Position numbers and translations under genes: made by a program. Of a stretch of DNA of 32,000 bases, positions 11,166 to 29,982 are shown one piece after another; positions within the stretch are counted from its first letter, which is position 1; the number at the start of each line of letters is the position of its first letter. Location: sequence record CP080221.1, one strand, 5' to 3'. The notes under the pieces were generated by a model that worked only from the letters and a program-made list of their open reading frames with translations, ran no database searches and was not told the origin of the DNA.

Positions 11166-11237
11166 GACCTTATCGTCTAATGGTTACGACATCACCTCTT
11201 CATGTTGATAATATCGGTTCGATTCCGATTAAGGTTA
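11166..11237 (+). tRNA. tE(UUC): tRNA-Glu (anticodon UUC)
   Basis: GACCTTATCGTCTAATGGTTACGACATCACCTCTTCATGTTGATAATATCGGTTCGATTCCGATTAAGGTTA. The acceptor pairs GACCTTA/TAAGGTT, the T arm is ATCGG-TTCGATT-CCGAT and the anticodon is TTC. It sits directly upstream of COB. Confidence 0.85.
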
Positions 11238-11636
11238 TTCAAATAATAATAAATATATATAAATATATAATATATATATATAATATATAATAATAAATAA
11301 ATATCGATTGTTATTATACATAAATATAATAATAATAATAATCATTATTAATTTTTAATAAATAAAGATATATAGTAATGATTAAATAATAAGATATATT
11401 AGCTATAATATTAGTTAATATATACATAATAATAAATAATTGTTAATATTAGATTATAATCAAATATTAACAATAAAATAAAACAATATATAAATAATAT
11501 CACATAATGATATTATAATATAATTATATATAAAATAATAAATAAAAATATATATAATAAATATTAATTAATAATATATATATAAATATATACTTAAAAT
11601 ATTCAATATAATATATAACTATGAAATATAGATATA

Positions 11637-11730
11637 CTCCTTTGGGTCCCGGCCCCCTATTTATATATAATAAATTATAAATTATCATAAATAATAATTT
11701 ACTTAAGGGGGCCGGGCTCCTTTCGGGGCT
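11637..11730. repeat. Split GC cluster enclosing a conserved ~48-nt AT core
   Basis: CTCCTTTGGGTCCCGGCCCCC - CTATTTATATATAATAAATTATAAATTATCATAAATAATAATTTACTTAA - GGGGGCCGGGCTCCTTTCGGGGCT. The GC arms are inverted repeats. Confidence 0.8.
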
Positions 11731-11899
11731 AATTAATAAATTAATAATAATCAATAATAATAGTTTAATATATTGTGTTTATATAAATAAAGAATAAGTA
11801 TATATATTATTAAGATAATATAATATAATAGATAGTAATAATTAATTTTTAAATAATATTAATTAATTATTGTTATTATATTAAATATATAATAAATAT

Positions 11900-14800
11900 A
11901 TGGCATTTAGAAAATCAAATGTATATTTAAGTTTAGTGAACAGTTATGTTATTGATTCACCACAACCATCATCAATTAGTTATTGATGAAATATAGGTTC
12001 ATTATTAGGTTTATGTTTAGTTATTCAAATCTTAACAGGTATTTTTATGGCTATGCATTACTCATCTAATATTGAATTAGCATTTTCATCAGTAGAACAT
12101 ATTATGAGAGATACTCATAATGGTTATATCTTAAGATATTTACATGCTAATGGTGCTTCATTCTTCTTTTAGTTATGTATATGCATATGGCTAAAGGTTT
12201 ATACTATGGTTCATATAGATCTCCAAGAGTACTATTATGAAATGTAGGTGTTATCATTTTTGTATTAACAATTGCTACAGCTTTCTTAGGTTACTGTTGC
12301 GTTTATGGACAGAGTGCGATAAGTCAAGTGTATTATTATAATATCAAACCATAATATAAAAATATAATTATGAAATGATTATATTAGTACATAATATATA
12401 CTTAATTAAACATGCATTATTAGTAATGATTTTGTATGAAGCTTTAATATAATAAGTAAGATTCATAAGGATAACGAAAGTCAATTTAACATTTTAAAAT
12501 ATCATTAATAAACATAAAATTATAAGGAGTAAGTTATCTAATTCTGTCTAAGATACATGTATATACGTTAGTACTTATTGGTATAAAGTTAAAATCCTAA
12601 GTGAAATCTATGAAAGTATAATAATACAAACTTAATAAACCCAATTATTTCCATATATAAAATATATATATATATATAATAATAATAAATATATGGTAGT
12701 TATATATAATATTATTAATTAATAATAATAGAAATTATAATATATAATAAGTGGGTAGAAGACTATTAAAAAGCGAATGATTATATGTAATGTATAATAT
12801 AGATCTCGTTATAATAAATATATATATAATATTTTTATTTATTATAATGTAAATGATTAATGTGAAAGCATGCTAACTTTAATATAGGATGATTTATATT
12901 TAAGTAAATCGTTTGAGCTGTATGCCATGAAAGTGGCACGTACAGTTCTGAGTGGGGAAAATCTGTAAAGATCTACCTATCACAATTGTCACATTGAGGT
13001 AATATAAATATCGCCTCAAATATATTTTATATAATAATATTAATTTATATAATATTAATTATATTTAATTCATATATAATTAATTATTTTATTAAAAGGA
13101 GTATTAATTCTTTCAATAATATAAATAAGAATAAATATATTATAAATATAACAAAGAAAAAGATATTAATAATAATATAAGTCCATTAAATATAGATATT
13201 TTATCAATTATTTATGGTTCAATATTAGGAAATAGTTATATAATAAAAATAAAGATAATAAAGGAACAATAATAGTATTAGAACAAGAATATTGTAATAA
13301 TAATTATTTATATTATTTACATAATTTATTAAGTAATTTAGGTTATTGTAATAGTAATATACCATTAATTAAAACTAAATTATGTAAAAAGGTAAAATTA
13401 AACAATATTTAAAATTTAATACTTGAACTTATACTTCATTTAATAATATCTATAATGAATGATATAATAATAATAATAATAATATAAAAATAATTCCTAA
13501 ATCATTAAATAATTATTTAACACCTTTAGCATTATCTATTTTTATTATAGATGATGGATGTAAACTAGGTAAAGGTTTAAATTTCATTATAAATAATTTT
13601 AATTATAAAGATATTCAATATTTACTATATTTATTATATAATAAATATAATATTAAAACAACTATTATTAATAATAATAATGATAAATATATTATTAATG
13701 TATGAAAAGAATCTATACCTATTTTAACTAAAATTGTATCACCTTATATTATTCCTAGTATAAAATATAAATTAATTAATTATTAATATATAAAATATAT
13801 AGTATTATAATAATTATTATATTATTATAATGCGATATTATTGAAAACATGTCAAAATTATATTATTAAGTAACAAGACAGTGGGTAATATATACATATT
13901 ATCCCAACAGAATACACCAATAATAGATATTATATAATTAATCTTTATGAAATTATATAATATTTAATGTTTATTCGAAGAAAATTTATAATATTATATT
14001 ATAACACAAGGTTTAATAATTATACTTTAATTATTTTATATATATAAGTTTTATATTAATATATTATAATAATAATTATTATATAAAATTATAATATTAA
14101 TAAGTATACTATTTATAAAGAATAGATATTATTAAATACATGGTATAATCTATATTAATAAATAAATATTTTTTATTATAAAATTAATATTTATGTTATT
14201 ATATTAAATATAATAAATTATAGATTATATTATTTTCTTGGCACTAGTTATTACTAATTTATTTTCAGCAATTCCATTTGTAGGTAATGACATTGTAGCT
14301 TGATTATGAGGAGGATTAAATAGAGAGGATCCACATTATAATAATATAATGTTAAATAAATCTGTTTTATGCTGGAACGTCTTCATTTGAATAATGAACT
14401 ACTATATTATTAAATTATCCGCAAACATTATAATGTTTGGAGGGGGTATTTGAAATAAAAATAATAAAGTAAAAATGTTTATTATAAGAAGAAAATCAGC
14501 AGTAATTAATATTTTTATTCTAATAAAATACAAATTTAAAATATTTATTACTCAGAGACTAAATAGTAGTTATTTAAATACTATTATTATTCATGATAAG
14601 AATCATGAATTAAATACAGATAATCCTATTTATGCTTATATTGTTGGTTTATTTGAAGGAGATGGTTGAATTACTATCTCTAAAAAGGTAAATATTTATT
14701 ATATGAATTAGGTTTAGAAATAAATATTAGAGATATTAAATTATTATATAAAATTAAAAATATTATTGGAGTTGGTAAAATTTCTATTAAAAAAAAAAAT

Positions 14801-16899
14801 AAAGATGGTAGTATTAAAGAACTATGTAAATATAATGTAAGAAATAAAAATCATTTAATAAATATTATTATTCCTATTTTTGATAAATATCCTATGTTAA
14901 CAAATAAATATAATGATTATTTATTTTTTAAAGATAATTTAATAAAAGATATTAAATATTATAATGATTTACCTAAATATCAACGTTCTATAAAATCATT
15001 ATACACCCTAGAAAATATTTTAAATAAAAATTATTTTTCTTACTGATTAATTGGTTTTATTGAAGCTGAAGGTTCTTTTAATATTTATACTCTTAAAAAT
15101 AATCTTAAACAAGCTAATTTTAAAGTATCTAAAACTAATAATTTAGAAATTATTGAAGCTATTAAAATTTATTTAAAAATTAGTAAAAATGTTTATACTA
15201 ATAAAGATAATAATTCAATAATTACTCTTAAAAGTATTAGAGGTATTGAAAATATTGTAAAATTTATAAATAAAAATCCTATAAAATTATTAGGATATAA
15301 AAGATTACAATATTTATTATTTTTAAAAGAATTACGTCTAATTTCTAAATATAATAATAATTTAAATATTCCTCAAAATTATTAATATATTATAATATTT
15401 ATCGATAAATATTATAATAAATAATTATAAGCATAAAGGATTAAGATATAGTCCGAACAATATATTGATATATTGAGTATAGTAAGAATATAATATTACT
15501 TATTAACTATTACGTTATTTATCAATCCCCACCGATATAACATTGCAATGTTGTATCATGGGGAGGAAAATATATTTAATATTATATGTAACTATCAACA
15601 TTATTTTTGCTCTGTATCAAATCCACTAATCCAGAGATTCTTTGCCTTACATTACTTAGTACCTTTTGTTATTGCAGCAATGGTTATTATGCATATGATG
15701 GCATTACATATTCATGGTTCATCTAATCCTTTAGGTATTACAGGTAATTTAGATAGAATTCCAATGCATTCATACTTCGTATTTAAAGATTTAGTTACTG
15801 TATTCTTATTTATGTTAGTATTAGCATTATTCGTATTTTATTCACCAAATACTTTAGGTCATCCTGATAACTATATTCCAGGTAATCCTTTAGTAACACC
15901 AGCATCTATTGAAAATCATCAAATTGTATTTATTTTAAATAATCATATTTTAATAAAATATAAATAAAACAACATATAAATAATTTATATATTGATTATA
16001 ATATAAATTTAATTATATTGATCTTTTACTCATATTAAGGTTTAATTATCAATATTCTATATTTCTCTTTATATATAATTAATAAATTAATAAATATATT
16101 AAAAGTTTATTATTAAATATTAACTATATTTATAATTTTATTTAAATATTTTTAATAAATACAATAAAAAGTACAGTAGCATTAAATATTATAAATTTAA
16201 TGATAAAATTGGTAAATTGTCAAGAAAATCTAAGGTATTATATTTTATAATACTATGATAACTTGCAGCGAAGTTTATATCATCTCTATATTATATAAAA
16301 AGTTATAAAAATAATAAATAATATAAGATATAAAAACGTTCAACGACTAGAAAGTGAACTGAGATAGTAATACCTTTCCACGAAAACCAATTAAATATAT
16401 AAGTTTCTTTTATAATATTATTATATATATTATAATAGAAGATGATTATTAATAATCAATACTTATAATTAATGACATAGTCTGAACAATAATGAAAATT
16501 ATTGAAATAAGATTTTAAATAGTCTTATATTAACAAAATATAATATGTGTACCAGAATGATATTTATTACCATTCTATGCTATTTTAAGATCTATTCCTG
16601 ATAAATTATTAGGTGTAATTCTTATGTTTGCAGCTATTTTAGTATTATTAGTTTTACCATTTACTGATAGAAGTGTTGTTAGAGGTAATACTTTCAAAGT
16701 ATTCTCTAAATTCTTCTTCTTTATCTTTGTATTCAATTTTGTATTATTAGGACAAATTGGAGCATGTCATGTAGAAGTACCTTATGTCTTAATGGGACAA
16801 ATCGCTACATTTATCTACTTCGCATATTTCTTAATTATTGTACCTGTTATCTCTACTATTGAAAATGTTTTATTCTATATCGGTAGAGTTAATAAATAA
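11900..16899 (+). CDS. COB: Apocytochrome b, split gene
   Basis: Exons are 11900-12313, 12987-13000, 14241-14317, 15610-15911 and 16550-16899. Translation gives [34 protein letters not shown]... through ...GQ/MSHWG/ATVITN...WLWGG/FSVSNPTIQRF...PASIV/PEWYLLPF... to ...FYIGRVNK then TAA. Exons total 1157 nt, one short of 386 codons. The frame breaks in T-run 12167-12170. Confidence 0.95.
12314..12986 (+). mobile_element. bI1: Group II intron without ORF, at the bI1 site
   Basis: Begins GTGCG. Domain V is GAGCTGTATGCCATGAAAGTGGCACGTACAGTTC (12915-12948). The domain VI-like tail is GGGGAAAATCTGTAAAGATCTACCTATCACAAT. It is followed by a 14-nt exon, as in S. cerevisiae. Confidence 0.9.
13001..13786 (+). 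CDS. bI2 intron-encoded LAGLIDADG endonuclease/maturase ORF, fused to the upstream exon frame, with three -1 frame breaks
   Basis: Motifs are ...[14 protein letters not shown]... and ...[20 protein letters not shown].... The frame steps 0 to +2 (about 13151-13161), +2 to +1 (about 13240-13250) and +1 to 0 (A-run 13386-13390). Stop is TAA at 13784-13786. Confidence 0.7.
13001..14240 (+). mobile_element. bI2: Group I intron at the bI2 site
   Basis: Interrupts MSHWG/ATVITN. The 5' exon ends in T, the intron ends in G, and it carries a LAGLIDADG ORF. Confidence 0.85.
14318..15385 (+). CDS. bI3 intron-encoded LAGLIDADG maturase-like ORF, in frame with exon 3, with one -1 frame break
   Basis: Motifs are ...[19 protein letters not shown] then (break in A-run 14682-14686) ...[23 protein letters not shown]...[13 protein letters not shown]...[26 protein letters not shown] then TAA (15383-15385). 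It resembles my memory of the S. cerevisiae bI3 maturase. Confidence 0.8.
14318..15609 (+). mobile_element. bI3: Group I intron at the bI3 site
   Basis: Interrupts WLWGG/F SVSNP after a 77-nt exon. The 5' exon ends in TT and the intron ends in G. The core-like block GATATAGTCCGAACAATATATTGATATATTGAG is at 15433-15465. Confidence 0.88.
15912..16549 (+). mobile_element. bI5: Group I intron without ORF, at the bI5 site (CDS nt 807/808, before the PEWY motif)
   Basis: Interrupts PASI-V/PEWY. The exon-fused frame stops at 15965-15967. The core-like block ATGACATAGTCTGAACAATAATGAAAATTATTGAAAT is at 16472-16508. The boundary is ambiguous by 1 nt because a G occurs at both junctions. Confidence 0.82.
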
Positions 16900-16968
16900 T
16901 TATTTATTGTTTACTATTGATAAAAAAAATAATAATTATTATTAATATCTTTATTAATAATATAATTT

Positions 16969-16980
16969 AATAATATTCTT
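16969..16980 (+). terminator. mRNA 3' end dodecamer AATAATATTCTT downstream of COB
   Basis: Exact match 70 nt after the stop. Confidence 0.7.
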
Positions 16981-17122
16981 TTATTTAATTTTTATAAATT
17001 TTATTATAACTTTATACTTTTTATATTAAATTAATAATATTTATAATTCATTAATATAAATGTTATAATTCCTTATAAGGTTAAATTATTTATAATATTC
17101 ATATATTCTTATTATATATATT

Positions 17123-17131
17123 TTATAAGTA
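17123..17131 (+). promoter_or_regulatory. Promoter motif TTATAAGTA upstream of tRNA-fMet/RPM1/tRNA-Pro
   Basis: Consensus 40 nt upstream of tRNA-fMet. This matches the known S. cerevisiae tfM-RPM1-tP transcription unit. Confidence 0.6.
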
Positions 17132-17170
17132 ATATATATAAAGTCTCAAAGGATATAATTAATATATAAA

Positions 17171-17243
17171 TGCAATATGATGTAATTGGTTAACATTTTA
17201 GGGTCATGACCTAATTATATACGTTCAAATCGTATTATTGCTA
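17171..17243 (+). tRNA. tM(CAU) initiator: Initiator tRNA-fMet (anticodon CAU)
   Basis: TGCAATATGATGTAATTGGTTAACATTTTAGGGTCATGACCTAATTATATACGTTCAAATCGTATTATTGCTA. The anticodon stem is GGG/CCC and the 1:72 mismatch is typical of initiator tRNAs. Confidence 0.9.
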
Positions 17244-17334
17244 ATAATTAATATATAATATTAACCTAATGGGATACCAATTGGAACTATATTAATATAA
17301 ATTATAATCATATTTTTATATAATGTTTTTATAT

Positions 17335-17790
17335 AAAATATTATATTATTAATAGGAAAGTCATAAATATATAAATTATATTGTATAATTATATATATTA
17401 TTCATTATATATATTATTAATTGTTTAATAAAAAATATATAACAGGATAATTATTATTATTATATACAATATTAATAAAGTAATTAGTATAAATAAATAA
17501 AATGAAAATAAAACTTAATAAATATATTATTATATATTTTAAATCACCTATAGTATCCGTCCTATTTATTAATAATAATCATAAATTATCATAAATAATA
17601 ATTTACTCGAAGCGGGTGGGACTTTATAATTATTTTTAATAGATTATTATAAATATTATATTTTATATCTTTATAAAAATTAAGATATATTTTATAATAT
17701 ATTAATCTTATTTATAGTTATATATAAAAGATATATAAAAGTTATATTATTATACAGAAATATGCTTAATTATAATATAATATCTATATA
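17335..17790 (+). ncRNA. RPM1: Mitochondrial RNase P RNA; ends are approximate
   Basis: The two conserved blocks known from yeast mt RNase P RNAs are present: AGGAAAGTCATAAAT (17354-17368) and ACAGAAATATGCTTAA (17754-17769). The gene lies between tRNA-fMet and tRNA-Pro, as in S. cerevisiae. Confidence 0.72.
17557..17622. repeat. Split GC cluster with the conserved AT core, inside the variable middle of RPM1
   Basis: CCGTCC - TATTTATTAATAATAATCATAAATTATCATAAATAATAATTTACT - CGAAGCGGGTGGGAC. Confidence 0.7.
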
Positions 17791-17861
17791 ATTAATTAAT
17801 AGACTTTATATAAATATATATATATATTATTATTATATATAGTATGTATTATATATTAATA

Positions 17862-17933
17862 CAGATAGAAGCCAAAAGGTCAGGCGCTTTCTTTGGGAGA
17901 AAGACCTAGTTAGTTCGAGTCTATCCTATCTGA
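17862..17933 (+). tRNA. tP(UGG): tRNA-Pro (anticodon UGG)
   Basis: CAGATAGAAGCCAAAAGGTCAGGCGCTTTCTTTGGGAGAAAGACCTAGTTAGTTCGAGTCTATCCTATCTGA. The acceptor pairs CAGATAG/CTATCTG and the anticodon loop is CTTTGGGAG. Confidence 0.9.
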
Positions 17934-18294
17934 TAATTAAAAATTAAATGAAAATAAAATAAAATATAAATATTCTTTATTCATATATATTATATTATTT
18001 ATAGATATATTCTTTATTTATATTATTATTATTATATATAGAATATCTTATGATACTTTATAATTAATTAATATTATTAGATATATTATATATATTAAAT
18101 ATATTGTATATTGTTATAACTTATTAAATTATTAAAATATAAAATAAGGACATATCCTATATCTTTATATTTAAATAATTATTGATTATATATTATTATT
18201 ATTATTTATTATTATTATATAATTCATATAAGATTCCTATTATATATTATATAAGATCTATCTATTGTATTAAATATATTATATTTAATCTTCT

Positions 18295-18366
18295 ATATTC
18301 TTTATTTATATAAAATCTACATTCTTTATTTATATAAAATTTATATTCTTTATTTATATAAGATAT
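18295..18366. repeat. Tandem 24-bp repeat x3 (AYATTCTTTATTTATATAAAATYT)
   Basis: Three consecutive near-identical units. Confidence 0.8.
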
Positions 18367-18961
18367 ATATCCTATTAAAACATATTATATTGATTTAATA
18401 TTATTATTAGTCTCAGTATTAATTATATTTATATATATTAGTTTATATATTAATTATATATTATATATAATTTATTGAAAATAACTATGAAAGTAAATTA
18501 TTACATTATTATTATATTCTTATTAATATTTTTAATAATATTCATTCTTATTAATATTTATTAATTCTTTATTATTATATATTATATTATTTATATATAT
18601 ATGATATAGTTAGTATATTAATTATATTTATAATTATTGGTTTATATATTATTATCATTATTATTATTATATTATTTTATATAAGGTTATATTATATTAT
18701 TTCATATAAGGTTATTACTATATTATACATTTATATAAGATATATATTGTATTAAATATATATATAGTCATTTAATATTATTATTAGTATCAGTAATTAT
18801 TATTATATTAATATATATATTAGTTTTTATATTAATTATTATAATATTTTATCATTACAAAATAAAATAAGATATATTAAAGAGTAATTATTAAAATATT
18901 CATTATAGTCTTTATTAATTATTTAATATTTATTTTAATTTAATTCTCCTTTTTATTAATT

Positions 18962-19042
18962 AGCCCGGGGCCTATTTATTAATATAAATTATAAATTATC
19001 ATAAATAATAATTTACTTACGGCCCGGGACCCCGAAAGGAGT
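18962..19042. repeat. Split GC cluster enclosing the conserved AT core
   Basis: AGCCCGGGGCC - TATTTATTAATATAAATTATAAATTATCATAAATAATAATTTACTTAC - GGCCCGGGACCCCGAAAGGAGT. Confidence 0.8.
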
Positions 19043-19052
19043 AATTATATTA

Positions 19053-19128
19053 TTATTATCATAAGAAGTATTACATAATATATATTCTTATTATCATAAG
19101 AAGTATTACATAATATATATTCTTATTA
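19053..19128. repeat. Perfect 35-bp tandem duplication with a partial third unit
   Basis: TTATTATCATAAGAAGTATTACATAATATATATTC occurs at 19053-19087 and again at 19088-19122. Confidence 0.92.
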
Positions 19129-20111
19129 ATTTGTAATATTTAATATACATATTTTATTTATTCATAATTTATTATATTATTTTTATAAAAAGTTATTATA
19201 TAAAATTTTATATTATTTATTTATAGGTATATATTATATATAATTCATTATATTAATTTAATTTAATTTAATTTAATATTATTATTATTTAATACTTTTT
19301 AATAACTTTATAATTATACAAGAGAAGAATATATATATATTTGAAGTATATATATTTAATTATAACCTAACCTTTAAGATGTTATAAAATATAATTTATT
19401 ATATTGTCATTTTATTATTATTAAAATATAATCTATTATAAGGTTTTATCTTGTTTATTAAGATCTATATTATAAGATATTATATTAATTAAACATTATT
19501 ATTTATAATTATTAATCCTTAAAGAAGTTGTTTAAATAGAATATTATTAATTCTTTTAACCTTATTACTAGAAGTATTACATATTATATATTATATATAG
19601 TTATATATATATAGGATATAATTAAAATATTTAATATAATCATTATTTGTTATATAATTTTTATATAAACATATATATACTTATTTTATATTTATTTATA
19701 TTATATATTATTATAAAAATATTCTTTTTATAATTTAATATCCATATCATATAGGACTTTATATTATTTATTCATAATACGTAAATATTATTATTAATAC
19801 CATTAAGTATAATCATTAATTCTTTATATATATATTATCCTTTAGATATATTTATATAAGATATAAATATTACCAATAATATATTATTTATTCCTCTCAT
19901 TAAAAATAGTTATTATATTCTTATACATATTAGTTTTTATATTAATTATTATATATTTAGTTATATAATTATTTAATATTCATATAATATTTATTCACTA
20001 TTTAATCTCATATCTATTGCAAGGAGTATTACATAATATATATAGTATTAGTTTGTATATATATGATATAGTTAATATATTTAATATAATCATTATTTAT
20101 TATATTATATT

Positions 20112-20190
20112 ATTGAAATATAAACATATAGTCGGGCCCGCCCCGGGGCCGGACGCCGGAGGAGGATATATCCTTATTTTATATTTTAAT
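20112..20190. repeat. ~80-bp direct repeat containing a GC cluster, copy 1
   Basis: ATTGAAATATAAACATATAGTCGGGCCCGCCCCGGGGCCGGACGCCGGAGGAGGATATATCCTTATTTTATATTTTAAT. Confidence 0.88.
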
Positions 20191-20534
20191 AATTAGTTAT
20201 TATATAATTGTCATTTTATTATTATTATTATATAATATAATCTTAATATTCTTTATTTTATTTAATATAATGTATTATAAATCATTATATTTAACCTATA
20301 ATTAAATATAATTCATAAATAATTATACATATAATATTTTATATAGAGATAATTTATATAATATTCTTATAATAGTCTAATTAATAATCTAACCTTTTAT
20401 AAAAATAAGAAATATATAATTAAGAAAGAATTAATAACTATAATCTTAACTATAATCTTTATAATATAATCTATATTAAGATTAGTTTAAGTATATATAT
20501 TAAAGATATAAATAATTATAATTTATTAGTTATA

Positions 20535-20614
20535 ATTGAAATATAAACATATAGTCGGGCCCGCCCCGGGGCCGGACGCCGGAGGAGGGTATATCCTTAT
20601 TTTATATTTTAATT
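20535..20614. repeat. ~80-bp direct repeat containing a GC cluster, copy 2
   Basis: Same sequence as 20112-20190 apart from the GGAGGAGGGT/GGAGGAGGAT difference. Confidence 0.88.
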
Positions 20615-20823
20615 ATTATGTATTATCAATTTATTGTTATATTATTATTTTATTATTAAAAAGAATATAAATAATTTACTAAATTAAATAAATATCCTAA
20701 GTATAATATAATATTATCTATTTAAGACTATTAATAATAATTATATAGTTTTATAATAAATAATTATTCTTTAAAATATATTAATAGAATAAGGTATATC
20801 TTCAATAATAATCTAATATGTAT

Positions 20824-20832
20824 TTATAAGTA
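20824..20832 (+). promoter_or_regulatory. Promoter-like TTATAAGTA ~285 nt upstream of COX1
   Basis: Consensus match in a plausible position for the COX1-ATP8-ATP6 unit. A chance match cannot be excluded. Confidence 0.4.
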
Positions 20833-21114
20833 ATATGTATAATAATAATATTATTAATATTTAATTAATAATATAAATTTCATTAAATAAGTTATTTAAT
20901 AATATAATTAATGATTTCTCTGAAAAGAGTGTATATATATATTATATATAAACTATGATACGTTTATAAAACAATATATATATATATATAAATATTTATT
21001 ATACTATTACTTTATGTTTATCATAAAGATATAAAAAAATAGTTTAAAGTTATAACTATAATATTATATTATATTATAATATTAATAAAATTAATATATA
21101 AATAAAAAATAAAA

Positions 21115-28614
<7,500 letters not shown>

Positions 28615-28656
28615 TCTTATATTATTTTATCTTAATATAATTTTAATTATTATTAT

Positions 28657-28668
28657 AATAATATTCTT
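28657..28668 (+). terminator. mRNA 3' end dodecamer AATAATATTCTT downstream of COX1
   Basis: Exact match 43 nt after the stop. Confidence 0.7.
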
Positions 28669-29200
28669 ATTAAATTACATATATATATATTTATTTATTT
28701 ATTTATATATATATACTTTTTTACATATAATTATTAATAATATAGATATAAATTTTTATATTTATATTATGTCAGTTATTTATAATAATCTTAATCTATT
28801 TATTATATTTAGTTACTACTAAAAGAAATTATTTATATTTTTATGACTATATCTAACCTATATATTAATATATATTGATAATTTATTATGACTATATCAA
28901 ACTTATATATTATATTGATAATATATTATACATTATATTATATTATTTATTTTATATACCTTTTTATATTAAATTTTTAATAAATAAAGAGAGAATATAT
29001 ATTTATTAATAATTATAATTTTTATTATTTATTATTATTATTATGTTATATTTATATATACATATTAAGATATTTATATAGTTTTATATATTTATATATT
29101 TATATAATTTTATATTATATATTAAGGTATTTATATAGTTTTATATTTATATTTATATATTTTATTAATATATTTTATTAATATATTTATAAACACGGTA

Positions 29201-29245
29201 GGGGCCCCATTATATTTTATATAACTTTAGTATTTAAAGGGGCCC
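29201..29245. repeat. GGGGCCCC - 30 nt AT loop - GGGGCCC hairpin, ori A/B-like and orphan
   Basis: It is followed by AGATATAGCTTATTCTT, which resembles the GGATATCTTCTTGTT flank of ori cluster B. Confidence 0.55.
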
Positions 29246-29423
29246 AGATATAGCTTATTCTTATTCTTATTACTTTAATATTTTGTTATTTTTATATTAT
29301 TAATATATATAACATTTATTCTTAATAAGAAATATTAATCTTTTTAATCAAGGAGTAATAATATAAATAATTTATATAATTTAATAAATGTTGTTATTAT
29401 CTTATCTTTATTAAAATATAAAT

Positions 29424-29570
29424 ATGCCACAATTAGTTCCATTTTATTTTATGAATCAATTAACTTTTGGTTTCTTATTAATAATTCTATTATTAATTTT
29501 ATTCTCACAATTCTTTTTACCTATGATCTTAAGATTATACGTATCTAGATTATTTATTTCTAAATTATAA
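29424..29570 (+). CDS. ATP8: ATP synthase subunit 8
   Basis: Intact 48-codon ORF. Code-3 translation is MPQLVPFYFMNQLTFGFLLMITLLILFSQFFLPMILRLYVSRLFISKL then TAA. Confidence 0.95.
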   Translation: MPQLVPFYFMNQLTFGFLLIILLLILFSQFFLPMILRLYVSRLFISKL

Positions 29571-29696
29571 TTTATAATATATCCACTATAATATAAAGAA
29601 ATAGTTATAATAAGAAATACACATATATTATATAATATATGAAAATATACAATATATTATTATTATTATCCTTTTAAAGATTTAATAATTAATATA

Positions 29697-29744
29697 CCCC
29701 GCGGTCACAAACCCAGCTAAGCTGGGTTTGTGCCAATTGCGGGG
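29697..29744. repeat. GC palindromic hairpin element, CACAAACCC subfamily, the fullest two-tier copy, between ATP8 and ATP6
   Basis: CCCCGCGGTCACAAACCCAGCTAAGCTGGGTTTGTGCCAATTGCGGGG. Confidence 0.85.
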
Positions 29745-29982
29745 ATTATATAAATATCACAATTATTAATAAATTAATTATATATAATTAATTTATTAAT
29801 ATATAAAGAAGTGATAAAGCTAATAGTTATTTATATGAATTTATAAATAAATATTACAATACAAATATTATATATATCATTATATATATATATATATAAT
29901 AATTAATTTTTATTAATATATTTCATAAGAATTATATTAAATAGTTAATTATTTTTAAGTTATAGTTATTTTATTAAAATTT

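Noticed and set aside
15548-15967. ORF-track entries 15548-15967, 16624-16899, 21172-21426, 22221-22490 and 29983-30186 as independent genes
   Set aside because: They are fragments of COB, COX1 and ATP6, partly running into introns. They were cut at TGA (Trp in the mitochondrial code) or started at internal ATGs. They are merged into the gene models above.
16460-16468. Minus-strand TTATAAGTA matches at 16460-16468 (inside the bI5-site intron) and 30766-30774 (just after ATP6) as promoters
   Set aside because: No minus-strand gene lies downstream of either. A rough composition estimate predicts several chance occurrences of the nonanucleotide per strand in 32 kb.
17934-21114. Remnant of 15S rRNA or tRNA-Trp between tRNA-Pro and COX1, where they lie in S288c
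   Set aside because: I scanned both strands. There are only AT-rich spacer, tandem repeats and GC clusters, with no rRNA-like GC-balanced blocks or cloverleaf candidates.
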